A stretch of 64,000 nt of DNA, from contig OZ024743.1 in assembly GCA_964016885.1 (NCBI GenBank), positions 32,984,001 to 33,048,000 of the forward strand, read 5' to 3'. The notes beneath the pieces were generated by a model. It saw nothing but the letters and a program-made list of their open reading frames with translations, had not been told where the DNA came from and did not search any database. The DNA is from Eledone cirrhosa (lineage: Eukaryota). A program made the position numbers and the translations under genes. Positions 51,701 to 62,609 of this stretch are shown here, in pieces. The stretch's first letter is position 1, and each line of letters starts with the position of its first letter.

Positions 51701-52110
51701 TTGTACCCATTCTTGATTATTTTAAAAATTAATTGGAACATATAGTGTATTTCATTAGAAATATGATAATGAATGGGTTAAGTGATACATTATAATTCAC
51801 AGAATTAACTTTATGTATTAACATATTTTCTATTGCAAATGATAAAACAATAAAGCAAACCTGCACTTATAGTGATGTAAATCTTTTAATAAAAAAATTC
51901 AACAAATATTTATAGTGAATTAATTGGAGATTAATTGAGTAATCAAATGTTTCATTTAAAACATCTGTTGGAATAATTGTAACGAAGCTGAAAAATTGTT
52001 TCCTCTTCACTGCGTCCTACAATGTAAACAGCCAGAACATTAGCAAATAGATTCTGCTCATGTATACAGAATATATACCCAATACATTCAAGAGATGGAA
52101 AAAGTAAAAC

Positions 52111-53150
52111 ATTAACCCTTTTTATACGAACCTGTCCAAAACCGGTTCAGCTTCTATAATATAAAACAACCCATTTTTAAGGGCTCCTATTTAAATCAAA
52201 TCTCCTAACAAATTTGTTTAAACCAGCCATAACCAGCTGCTCGTACTTACTTGAAATTATTGTTCTCAAAATAAATTCTATCAAAATCTCATAGATTCGA
52301 TATTATGTGTGATAATTATTTGAAATAAAGTGTTTACTGTGAAAATACAATAGTAAAAATAGAGTAATGTAAATGCTATAGGGTTAAGTTATATCACAAA
52401 CACTACCTCAGTAATGAAATAATTAATAATTTTAGCAAATCCCTCAAAATTCTTCCTTAATTAATTCAAAGAGTGTGTTTCTTTAGAAATACAGTAATAA
52501 AAGGGTTAACCCTCCTAATACAATTGTCTGAAATGACTCTGTTTATTTTAAAGTGTTTCATCATAATCTTAGATAAAAACGTTTAAGTTATGCCCAAACA
52601 CAAGCTTAATACTGAGAAAGCCAGTTATATTACTAAATCCCTCTAACTTCTTGATTATTTGATAATTGTTTCTACTTTAGGCACAAGGCCAGTCATGACC
52701 CAGTACATTACTGGTACTTTATTTTATCGACCCCGTAAGGATGAAAGGCAAAGTTAACGTTGTTAAATTATCACTACTGTTCCTCCTACTACTACGACTA
52801 TGTATTCAGTTCCTCTCATAAAGCCTTACTCACTGTTGCTTCTTTATCTCAACACCTTCAGTCATAGTTTTCTTTATTTTCAAATGCAGCAGTTCACAAA
52901 TTAGATAAACTGTTTTTTTTACTATATTTCTAGTGAAATAGACTGGTTAATATTAAAGAATTCTAACTACTTTAATAAAGAAGAAACTGACTTTCTCTTT
53001 ATCAAGCTGGTGTTTGAAACATAACTTAATCAAATTATCTAACAAAGTTATGAGGGTAGGTTTAGATTTAAATATGAAAATCTTAAAACAAACAGCTTTG
53101 TATCATAAAACCGGGGATGGTTTTAGGTGCTTTGATACTAAAAGGCTTAA
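52111..53150. mobile_element. Cluster of TTAA-bounded MITE-A copies with a nested MITE-B piece (52221-52383)
   Basis: ttaacccttt...aaagggttaa termini. The internal 'tactaaatccctc' and 'aaaacaaacagctttgtatcat' motifs recur at about 6220-6450, 7750-8853, 12310-12442, 15905-16155, 19213-19637, 29850-30064 and 62075-62335. Confidence 0.7.
52662..52758 (-). mobile_element. SINE-A 3' half
   Basis: taattgtttctacttt...ggatgaaaggcaaagttaac. Confidence 0.85.
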
Positions 53151-55565
53151 TAATTATGTGTTAGAATGAAATCAATTGACTATATTCTAATATTAAACTA
53201 AAACAATTATTATGAATTATTATGATGTGTACTATTTCAAAGACACCAAGTATAAATATCTATAATCTATAATAATGGACAATAATGTTTTACTTGCAAA
53301 TAAGATAGTAACATGACTTCTCAAGTAATCCTGATAGTATAATACTGTCATATTTTTAATGACTTTCACACATGTACATGCCAAGAGATATTACTTGATA
53401 ATGATAAAGTAATCCTAGTTGATAAAGCATTAGAAGCTGAAACTACTAGTTGTGTGTGTATTAGTGAAAGACAACTCAATAATGTTCAGAAAATAAACTA
53501 GTACCAGAAAAAGGTAATTCTAAAATATTAGTTTGAGCCCCTTGTCAGAAGTGTGGCTTCAATCAGTGGAGCACAGAATTGTTGTTTTCTGAGCTTTATT
53601 AAAATTAAAAAATAGGATTAATTTGAAAACAATTATGGACATTAGATATTACTTTCCCCTCCCCTAAAATTGTTAGCCTTGTGCCTAAATCCAAAATCAT
53701 AATATATCATATCATTCAAAGATAGTGGATACTTAGAAAAAAATGTTTTAAAAACTATAACACATATATCAAAAAAATAAAGGATAAAACTTATGGCTAG
53801 AATATTTTAGAAAAACTTTGTAAGAAAATGAGTTCTACTGGAAAGCGTCGTTGGAATGGAATAGTATACCTGTAATGTTTAATATAGCATGTAAAGTAGT
53901 CAACAAGTTCAGAGCTGCATTTAAAGTGGGGACAAAAGGAGCAATTGCTTCCACACATGCAGAGGGGGGCCCTGATGGCCATAGCAATTTATTTGTGCCC
54001 CCTGCTGGGCTTTTAATTTTATTACTTTCATACCGAGAACTCTCTATTTTAAAAAATATATATTTAATGTCCTTTCGTGCATAAGGGGCCACCGAGGTCT
54101 AAATTCAGTCATGAACAAGTTTACTTTGGTGAAATCTATATGGTGTTTGAAGATGCAACGTGGCTGGTTCTATGTTCAATCACAATGTGGATATAGCACC
54201 TTCAGCAAGTGTCATTTACCATAGTCACAGGTCAATGTCCTCACACCTTGTGAGTAAAATTGGGTAGATAAAAACTGTGTGAAAGCCCATTAGATGGATT
54301 GTACCTGTAATTCAAAAGTCTAGCCTTGTTACATATTGTGCCATGCTGATTCTACCCAAGAATTACATCAAGGGTATACATACCTGTGGAATACTCAACC
54401 ACTTGCATATTTAGTCATGGGTTGGACATTCATGAGATCAAGCTAATTTACAATCTCATCTTTGTCTATTAGACAAAAGAATATCCATAGTTGTCTGTTG
54501 CTTGCAAACAAATTTGACCCATTCTCCTAAACATGTAATTTTCCTTGAAAAACTAATTATTAAATTTTCTTTGGAAGCTACTAACAATTACTGCAAGATT
54601 TTTTTACTGTTGTTTTCTTCCAACAAAGAGAGACATTTAAATTGAGAATTATTTTTTATGTATTACATTAATTTTATTATCCAAATTCATGCCATTGGCA
54701 TATTTGATTTATCTCCCTTTGCACATTTTCTTTTAATATTGGAAGTTATTTTGGTCAAGAATATTTATAACTCTTTTACTGTATGCAAAACTACCCTCTG
54801 ATCTTTCATTGATGACCTTTAATAGACCAAACTATTTATTTTTGTCCCTTAGCTACAAACAATCATCAGATTGTACTTTTCTTTGCATGTAAATTAACTT
54901 GAGTAATACATTTGCAAGTCTTTTAAATTATCTCCCCTTTCCTCTGTGTGTTAGGGGTGGGTATCAATCATGCTGCAAGGTTAGGAAAATTTCAATTAAT
55001 TCAGAATTATTTGTGCTCAACATTCAATACATCTCCTTTAAGTTAATTATCTAAATTCAGGTCATTATCTAAATTCAGGTCATTGGCCTATTTCAGAGTT
55101 GTATTCTTTAGCTCATTTATTCTTAAATATGTATAGGTGTTGTGTGTTGATGTATGTGCATATACATGTATCTATGTTTCATAATAATCAAATGATGTGA
55201 GAGCTCTATATCAGTAACTATGTTTCTGTATGTATGAAAAATAAGTTGCAATTTTTATCAACATATAAATCTGGAGATAATCTATCAGCATTTAAAAGAT
55301 AGTGTAATTTTTGCCACAGTAAAGAAACTAGCAAGAAATATTAATAATGTGTTTTTGTTACTGCCATGCACCTGCTAAGATAAATATCAGATAGTTCAGT
55401 CACATTTCTGTTGTTGGAATTAACTAAGCTAAATGAAGTACTTATTCAAGATATAATTGATGAAAAAAGGAAAAGAAAATGTGATTGGTTAAAAAAATAT
55501 GCACCATTTGTAATGGTTTTAAAAGAATGGGAACACTGGTGAAATTGAAAGAAAAGTAAAGATTA

Positions 55566-55725
55566 GGCACAGGCATTGCAGTGTGGTTAAGGAACACACT
55601 TTACAACCACATGAATTGGGACTGTTTCACAGTGTGGTACATATGGCAAGTGTGTTCTACTATAGCCTCAAGCTGAATAATGACTTGCGAGTGAAATTTT
55701 GTTAACGGAAACTGCAGAAACCCAT

Positions 55726-55727
<2 letters not shown>
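55566..55727 (+). mobile_element. Old tRNA-derived SINE (SINE-D); related relics at about 18175-18333(-), 43350-43505, 54150-54290, 60285-60420(-)
   Basis: Shared 'ggcaagtgt.ttctactatagcctc...gtgagtgaaattt.gtaga.ggaaactg..gaagccc' pattern, followed by microsatellite. Confidence 0.7.
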
Positions 55728-55756
<29 letters not shown>

Positions 55757-55788
55757 TCAACATAGTATATACATATATACATGTTTGT

Positions 55789-56060
55789 GGAGACACGTTG
55801 CCTTGTAGTAACGGTGTTGGACTTACAATCATAATGCTGTATGTTTGATTCCTGCATTGGGTTGCATGTTGTGTTCTTGTCCAAAACACTTCATATTGCT
55901 CCAGTATACTCAGCTGAAAAAAAAAATGAATATCAGCAATAGCTGGGTGTTTAACCTGTGATGGACTGGCGTCCTGTCCAGGTGGAAGGTCTTGTGTTCT
56001 CAGTCGCTTCACACCATGGGAACCACGATAAGCACTGGCCTGATGAACCTCCAGGTTTGA
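55789..56060 (+). mobile_element. SINE, same type as 14700-14965
   Basis: Collinear similarity, including aacctgtgatggactggcgtcctgtccagg. Confidence 0.8.
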
Positions 56061-56077
56061 GACAGGTTTTAGAGTCT

Positions 56078-56186
56078 TATATATATATATTTATGTGTGT
56101 GTGTGTGTGTATGTGTGTGTGTGTGTATGTGTGTGAGTGTGTGTGTGTGTGTATGTGTGTGTATGTGTGTGTGTGTGTGTGTGTGT
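56078..56186. repeat. (TA)n(GT)n microsatellite
   Basis: Direct reading. Confidence 0.97.
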
Positions 56187-56451
56187 TTTGTGCGATAAAA
56201 ATATAAGTATCGGTGTTAATTGGATTAACTATACCCCTTTAAGGTGGTGTGCCAACTTGGGTGCATTCTAATAACTGAAACCAGTAAAAGTTGAGAGATG
56301 TAGCGGTGTTTAGATAGTTCACAATAGTCTATGTAATAAAGAATATATTTCTTCAGTTTCTTTACAAAAAATAAATTCTCAAGATAATGAATATTTATGC
56401 TTAACACGGTATATGAATAGAGTTTATAAGCCCTGCTGTGAAAATTTTGTT

Positions 56452-58731
56452 CTTTAGCATTTAAACCGGCCATATCCAGCCAGAATTCTTTCACCTCTTT
56501 TAATTCAAACCAGCCATAACCAGACCCTCGTACTTATGTTAAGGTATTGTTCTCAAAATAAATAAAAACATCCCAAAAGTGCAATTTGGGAGACTGCAGC
56601 AGTCCGTCTTGCCAGAAAAGAACGTCGCAATGCTGAACATGAGTACAAACTGCACAAATCAGATATTAATAGGAAGAGGCGAAATAGATCGTCCAACCAC
56701 CTCAAACAGGTGACAAAAAAGGCAGTGCTCAATTTGAGCAGCGCATAGCAACCAGCCCTGACAGTAAGGTGTTCTGGAAGTATGTTCACTCAAAGCAGAG
56801 GCCTCACTCTCCAGTTGGTCCTCTTCACAATCCCCATACAAGTCAGGTTACTGACGACCCCAAGGAATGCGCAGAGCTCATTGCTGAATGCTATGCAGCC
56901 ATTTTCACTATTGAAGACCAGAGTGTACCGTCTCCACCACCTATGACACCGGATTCTATTACAACCATGGAATTTACACCTGCAATGATGCGACGTCACC
57001 TAAAAAATAAACGCAACCATGCCTCTCCTGGTTTTGATGGTGTTACGTACCTGCTTCTTAAACGTGGTGGGTACTTCCTTCTGCACCAGCTATCATGCTT
57101 CTTCCAATTCTGTCTGAACAACGGTGCTACTCCAGAACAGTGGAAAACTGCCAGTGTCATTCCTCTGTTCAAAAAGGGTGACCGCACATCCCCTGTGAAC
57201 TATCGTCCAGTCAGTCTTACTAGTTGCATTGCCAAACTGATGGAATCCTGTGTCAGAGAAATACTTTGGAACTTCTGAAACTCTCTCAGTCTTATCCAGC
57301 CCTCGCAATTTGGATTTATCCCCAACTCCAGCTGCTGTGATCAACTTATCGAGTTTCTTGAAGACATCACCCGGATCACTGATGGCGACTCGTGGGTCGA
57401 TGCTGTTTACCTTGACTTTGCGAAAACTTTCAATTCTGTGCCACACAAAAGGCTTATGGCAAAACTCTCTGCAATGGGTGTGAAGGATGATCTTTTTAAC
57501 TGGTTGAAGTCCTTCATTCTCAGTCGAAGAGAGGTAGTCACGGTTCTGGGACAGCATTCCTCACCATATGAGATGTCATCTGGTGTACCACAGTTCTTGG
57601 CCCCCTTTTGTTTGTGGCATATATTAATGACATAGATGCCAACTTAAAGAATGCCACAGTACTAAAGTACGTAGATGACATCAAGCTGTACCTTGAGATA
57701 AAAAGGACAGATCCTGAACACTATAGATCTTGCTTGCAGTCTGACCTGGACACAATGCAACAATGGATCTCAGACTGGCAACTGAAGCTAGCTGTGGACA
57801 AGTGCACCACCATGCATTTTGGGAGTAAAAACCCAGCGTCCACATACTCCCTCCACAGCACTAATATCAAGAAGTCTTCTTGTGAACGTGACCTGGGCAT
57901 TACGGTCAGCAGCGATTTGCATTGGACGAAGCACATCTCTAAAATTGTCAAGAGGGCCGAGGGTGTTGTCTTAGCATCACTCAGCAAGACCTCTGTCAGC
58001 CGCTCTCCAGCTATCTATTTAAGGCTGTACATGGCTATGGTGTGGCTACACTTAGAATTTGCATCACCAGTCTGGAATCCCTATCTTGCTCAGAACATTG
58101 ACCGCCTGGAAACTGTTCAGAGACGTGCAACCAAGCGAATACTCTCCATCAGGCATCTACCATACTCTGAGCACCTTGCTTCCCTGGCATGGATACATTG
58201 AAGTTCTGACGCCTGGCAACTGACTTGGTAAACACCCACAAAATTGTTAACCTTCTTGCCAACAACAACTCTGAGTACCTTTTTGATTTCCATGTATCTA
58301 ACACACATGGGCATGCCCACAAAGTCAGAAAACAGTATAGTTCCCATGACTTTCGTAAACATTTTTTCACGCTCAGAGTTGCTGAAGCATGGAACAAACT
58401 ACCTGGATCGGTTGTTAGCTGTCGAGACACTGCATCCTTTAAGGCCTCCATGCTTCTCGAGATTCGCCAACACTACACCTAATGTTCCCCCTCCATACAC
58501 ATACACATACGTATATCATGACTCATACACTATTCACTTCCCTGACATTTGTGTATTATTCTATGTACTATACATGCACCTTTGATGAGTTGTAGTGCAC
58601 CTGAGCACTTTACACAATAATTTCATTATTATTATTATTAAAATCAAAATCTCATAGATTCAATATTAAATGAAATAATTATGTGAGGTAAAGCCTTTAC
58701 TGTGAAAATACAATAGTAAATATAGAGTTAA
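56452..58731 (+). mobile_element. MITE-B split by the CR1 insertion (56452-56568 and 58641-58731)
   Basis: The two halves join to rebuild '...ttctcaaaataaataa|aatcaaaatctcatagattcaatatt...' as in 5442-5482. Confidence 0.85.
56570..58640 (+). mobile_element. 5'-truncated CR1-like LINE (RT pseudogene)
   Basis: FWKYV, ASPGFDG, WKTASVIPLFKKG, NYRPVSLTS, QFGF, YLDFAK, SGVPQ, KYVDD, RDLGI, VQRRATK, HFFTLRVAEAWNKLP. Stop at 57276 and frameshifts. (ATT)n tail at 58625-58640. Confidence 0.92.
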
Positions 58732-58904
58732 ACAAATATGAAACACGAGTTGTTTTTTTTTGTTTTTTTTGTACACAGAATATCCTCAGAGATTACTTTT
58801 ACATGTTACACAGCTAATTGGTCATTTATCGCTTGATGTTATTTATTTCAAACACAAACTAGGACATCTCTGATCAATTAATAATTACATCAACAATGAA
58901 TTAT

Positions 58905-59086
58905 GAATTGGCAGTATCGGTAGAGGGTCAGACGCCATGCTTTGACGCATAGAGTTACGGCCCTTGCCATTCTGAGTTCAAATTCCACCGAGGTTAACTT
59001 TTCCTTTCATCCTTACAGGGTCGATAAATTAAAGTACCAGTAATGTACTGGCTAATTGCTGGCCTTGTGCCAAAAGTAGAAACAAT
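58905..59086 (+). mobile_element. SINE-A
   Basis: Full head-body-tail match; short aattatg duplication. Confidence 0.9.
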
Positions 59087-59776
59087 TATGTAAATTAGAC
59101 TGGCCATCTTAGTCAAGTACTAATTCATGTTTGATAGAAAATAATGTTTGACTATATTTCCTTTTGTGGACAGAATGGTAAGGGTACTTGTTTATTAATG
59201 AAAAGCAAATTAGCTGTGAAACATGTCAAGGAAGTCTCTTGTGTTATTATGTGTACAAAAAGATTAGCAGAATGATTTTTACATCTATATAAATTTTCAC
59301 AGCATCTCTTATAAACTGTAGTTACATCTACATTAAATTTATTTTAAAGTGTATTGTTCTCGTTAGCCACAATCTTCTGTTTAAATTTCAGATTTATATG
59401 CGAAAAGTTAATAAATTAATTAATATAATCATTATCTAAATTATGACAGAAATTATTACTTCCTTTTATAATTTTCCTAATTCTTTCTTTGCATTTAATT
59501 ATGAATGCATACGTTACTTGTTTAGACTATTACTTCCAGTTATCCTAATTATTGCAAAAACAATCCAATGAATGTCAGTTGATAATCACAGGGAAATTAA
59601 CTTTCAGACAAATTTTAATAAAAATATAATGTATGGTAATAGATATGAAAATTGCTAAGTAAAATTGCAAATCTAAAAACAGAAAATATATAGGATTAAT
59701 TATTAGTTAAAAGCTAAGAATGAGATTGCTGACTACAAGAACCCAAATATGAATGTTATATGGAAGCATTATGTCT

Positions 59777-59985
59777 ATTGGTGGTATTGGTAGTGTGTCA
59801 GACACCATGCTTTGTGGCATAGAGCTATGCCTCTTAACATTCTGAGTTCAAATCCTGCCGAGGCTAGTTTTGCCTTTCGTCTTTATGTGGTCAATAAAAT
59901 AAACTACCAGTCACACACTGAGGTCAATTTAATCAACATTCTCCTCCCCCAAAATTGCTGGCCTTGTTCCTAAATCAGAAATCAT
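59777..59985 (+). mobile_element. SINE-A long variant, diverged
   Basis: B-box GAGTTCAAATCC and tail attgctggccttgttcctaaatcagaaatcatt. Confidence 0.8.
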
Positions 59986-61462
59986 TGTTTATGCTAAGCA
60001 TTCAACTTTGCTTGCTTCAGAATACCTTATTGAAAATGGATCCTACAGCAGATTCATATTCAAGTGGTTATCAGCAAAAAGTGTTTTATTTTATTCTATT
60101 ATTCTTTTACTGTGGCTTTGCTGGCACACCTACTTCAAAGACTTTAGTTAATCATATCAACCCTAGCACTTTCCCTTTTCAAGTCTGGTACCTCTTTTAG
60201 CAATTCGTTTTTTTTTCTTTTTTTTTTTTGAACCACTAAGTTATCCCAAGGTCATAAATAGTAAGCAGAAACATGGACACACACAATAGGCTTCCAAAAA
60301 GTTTTTGTCTACCAAATTTCCCTCACAAGGCACTGGTCAACCTGAGTAGTTGCCCACTTTGCCACAGAGTGGGACTGAACCAAAACCCATACTATTGTAA
60401 AGCAAAGTCTTTAACTACAGAGCAATGCTTTAATATAGACTCTTTACATCATGTTATTGCTTCAAACACCTTACCAACTTAGCCATATTTATTGCTAATG
60501 AAAGGTTAATTTTTTATTTCTTGGAATATCTTAAAATTCTTAATTATCTGAATGGCATCAGAGGACAGTTTTTTCTAAATAAGCATTGTCAAAATTATTA
60601 AATATATAGAATAATGGTATATTTAATTTAAATCTATTCTATTTACCCTTTATGTTAGACTTTTTTTTTGTTTTCTTTTTTTTGGTTTGAAATCTGATTT
60701 TCCATGCTGGCATGGGTTGAATGAAGGATAAAGCTTAGCTTGATTTCACATGCCATGTACAAACAGAGAAATGAGATGCTAGTCTGTTACATGGTTAACA
60801 CAGATTAGAGTAATACAGAATGAGCTACATTACTCATGGATACAGCATGGGGCCTGGCCCAAGGATTGAAATCTCAACCTTGCAGTTGTGAGAACAATAC
60901 CCTAACCACTAAGCTACGTATCTTCAAGCATTACATATGTAGCTTTGTATAACATTCATGTTATTAACGATTTCATTCATTGTTTTTAAGAGGCAAATCA
61001 TAATCACCCATTTATGTCTCTTGTGACAACTTGAATTGGATTTCAGAGATCCTCACAATAATTACCTTGATGGAGCTTTCTTCATGAAATATGGCTTAAT
61101 TAATTAGCTGCAGAGGGAAAATATTCAATTGTGAACTATCTCTGATTTTCATTCATGAACCAATGTATTCAGATTAATTTTTAATCAAGATGCAAATACT
61201 ACAATAGTAAACCTTTACACATAGAAAGTTCTCTAAGCTGATATCAAAACTTATGAATAGAATTTGCTTAAATTCAAAATTACTAAAGAAGGGGTTACCA
61301 TTGAAGCTATTTTTCAATGGTTCTTACAACAAAGGTTTTTAGTGGGTGGCTTAAATTCTTGAACATATGAGATAGTTCTACTTCCATTTTACTTATCTAT
61401 CAAATGTTAAATACTCTAACTCTTCCTGTCTAAAATATGTGGCCTCATGTCTATGTTTTACA

Positions 61463-62022
61463 TGGCAGTATCAGTAGTTTCATCCTTACGGGGTCAATAA
61501 AATAAAGTGTCAGTAATACACTGGGATTATTGCTGGCCTTGTGCCAAAAGTAGAAACAATTATTATCGCCACTACTAGGGCAGTGGATTGGCAGTATCGG
61601 TAGAGAGTCGGACGCCATGCTTTGCAGCATAGAGTTACGGCCCTTTATGATCTGAGTTAAAATCCTGCTATGGTTAACTTTGCCTTTCATTCTCACGGGG
61701 TCGATCAAATAATGTATCAGTCATGCACTGGGGTCGATTTAACCCTTTAGCATTCACATTACTCTATATATACTATTATATTTTCATGGTAAAGGCTTTA
61801 CCTCGCATAATTATCTCACATAATATCGAATCTATGAGATTTTGAAAGTATTTATTTTGAGAACAATACCTAAACATCAGTTTGAGCAACCAGTTACAGC
61901 TAGTTTCAACAGGAAGAGGTAGAGAATTCTGGCCGGTTTTGGCCGGTTTGAACATTAAAGGGTTAATCGACTTTCCCCTCCCCAAAAATTGCTGGCCTTG
62001 TGCCTATATATAAGAAACCATT
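61463..62022 (+). mobile_element. Tandem SINE-A (deleted copy + long variant interrupted by MITE-B)
   Basis: Repeat attattatc(g/a)ccacta(c/t)ta flanks the second copy; the MITE sits at 61743-61962. Confidence 0.88.
61743..61962 (-). mobile_element. MITE-B inserted in SINE-A
   Basis: TTAA TSD at 61739-61742 and 61963-61966; CCC...GGG termini; reverse complement of 5342-5547. Confidence 0.92.
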
Positions 62023-62609
62023 ATTATCACCACTATTAATAGTTTGTAAATAAGTTATCAAGAAGATCCCTGAAGGTTTGTTAAACCTTTCAATACCAAC
62101 CCACTTAGCACCAACTCTGGTTCTATGATAAAACAGTCCATTTTCACATGTTCATATATAAATTAAAACCTTCCATCATCATTTTATGACAGAAACCCAT
62201 TGTTAAGTTATATCCACTTAACCAGATTTGTAATAGCAATATTGGATATTTTACTAAATCCCTCCAAATGCTTGAATTATATTTATAATTAATTGAAATG
62301 TAGGAGTGTATTTTGATAAAAACTTAGTGGTTAACCTCTGTGATTGTTTCCATTGTAATTCACTAATTACTCAGATCTGATATATAGGTTTATAATTGGT
62401 TTTTGCCTATTTAGTTAATTGTATTTTATCATTAATGAAGCAGACAGGAAAATAAAGGAATATTCTATATACTTGACATTTTTGTCACAAAGTGAAAAAA
62501 TTAAAGAAAATATGACTGGCCATTGTTGTTTATAATCTATTTAATGACATTAGACATTATAAGATATAGCTACCTTTTACTAAGGTTTATAAGAATTTCA
62601 ACTCATGCC

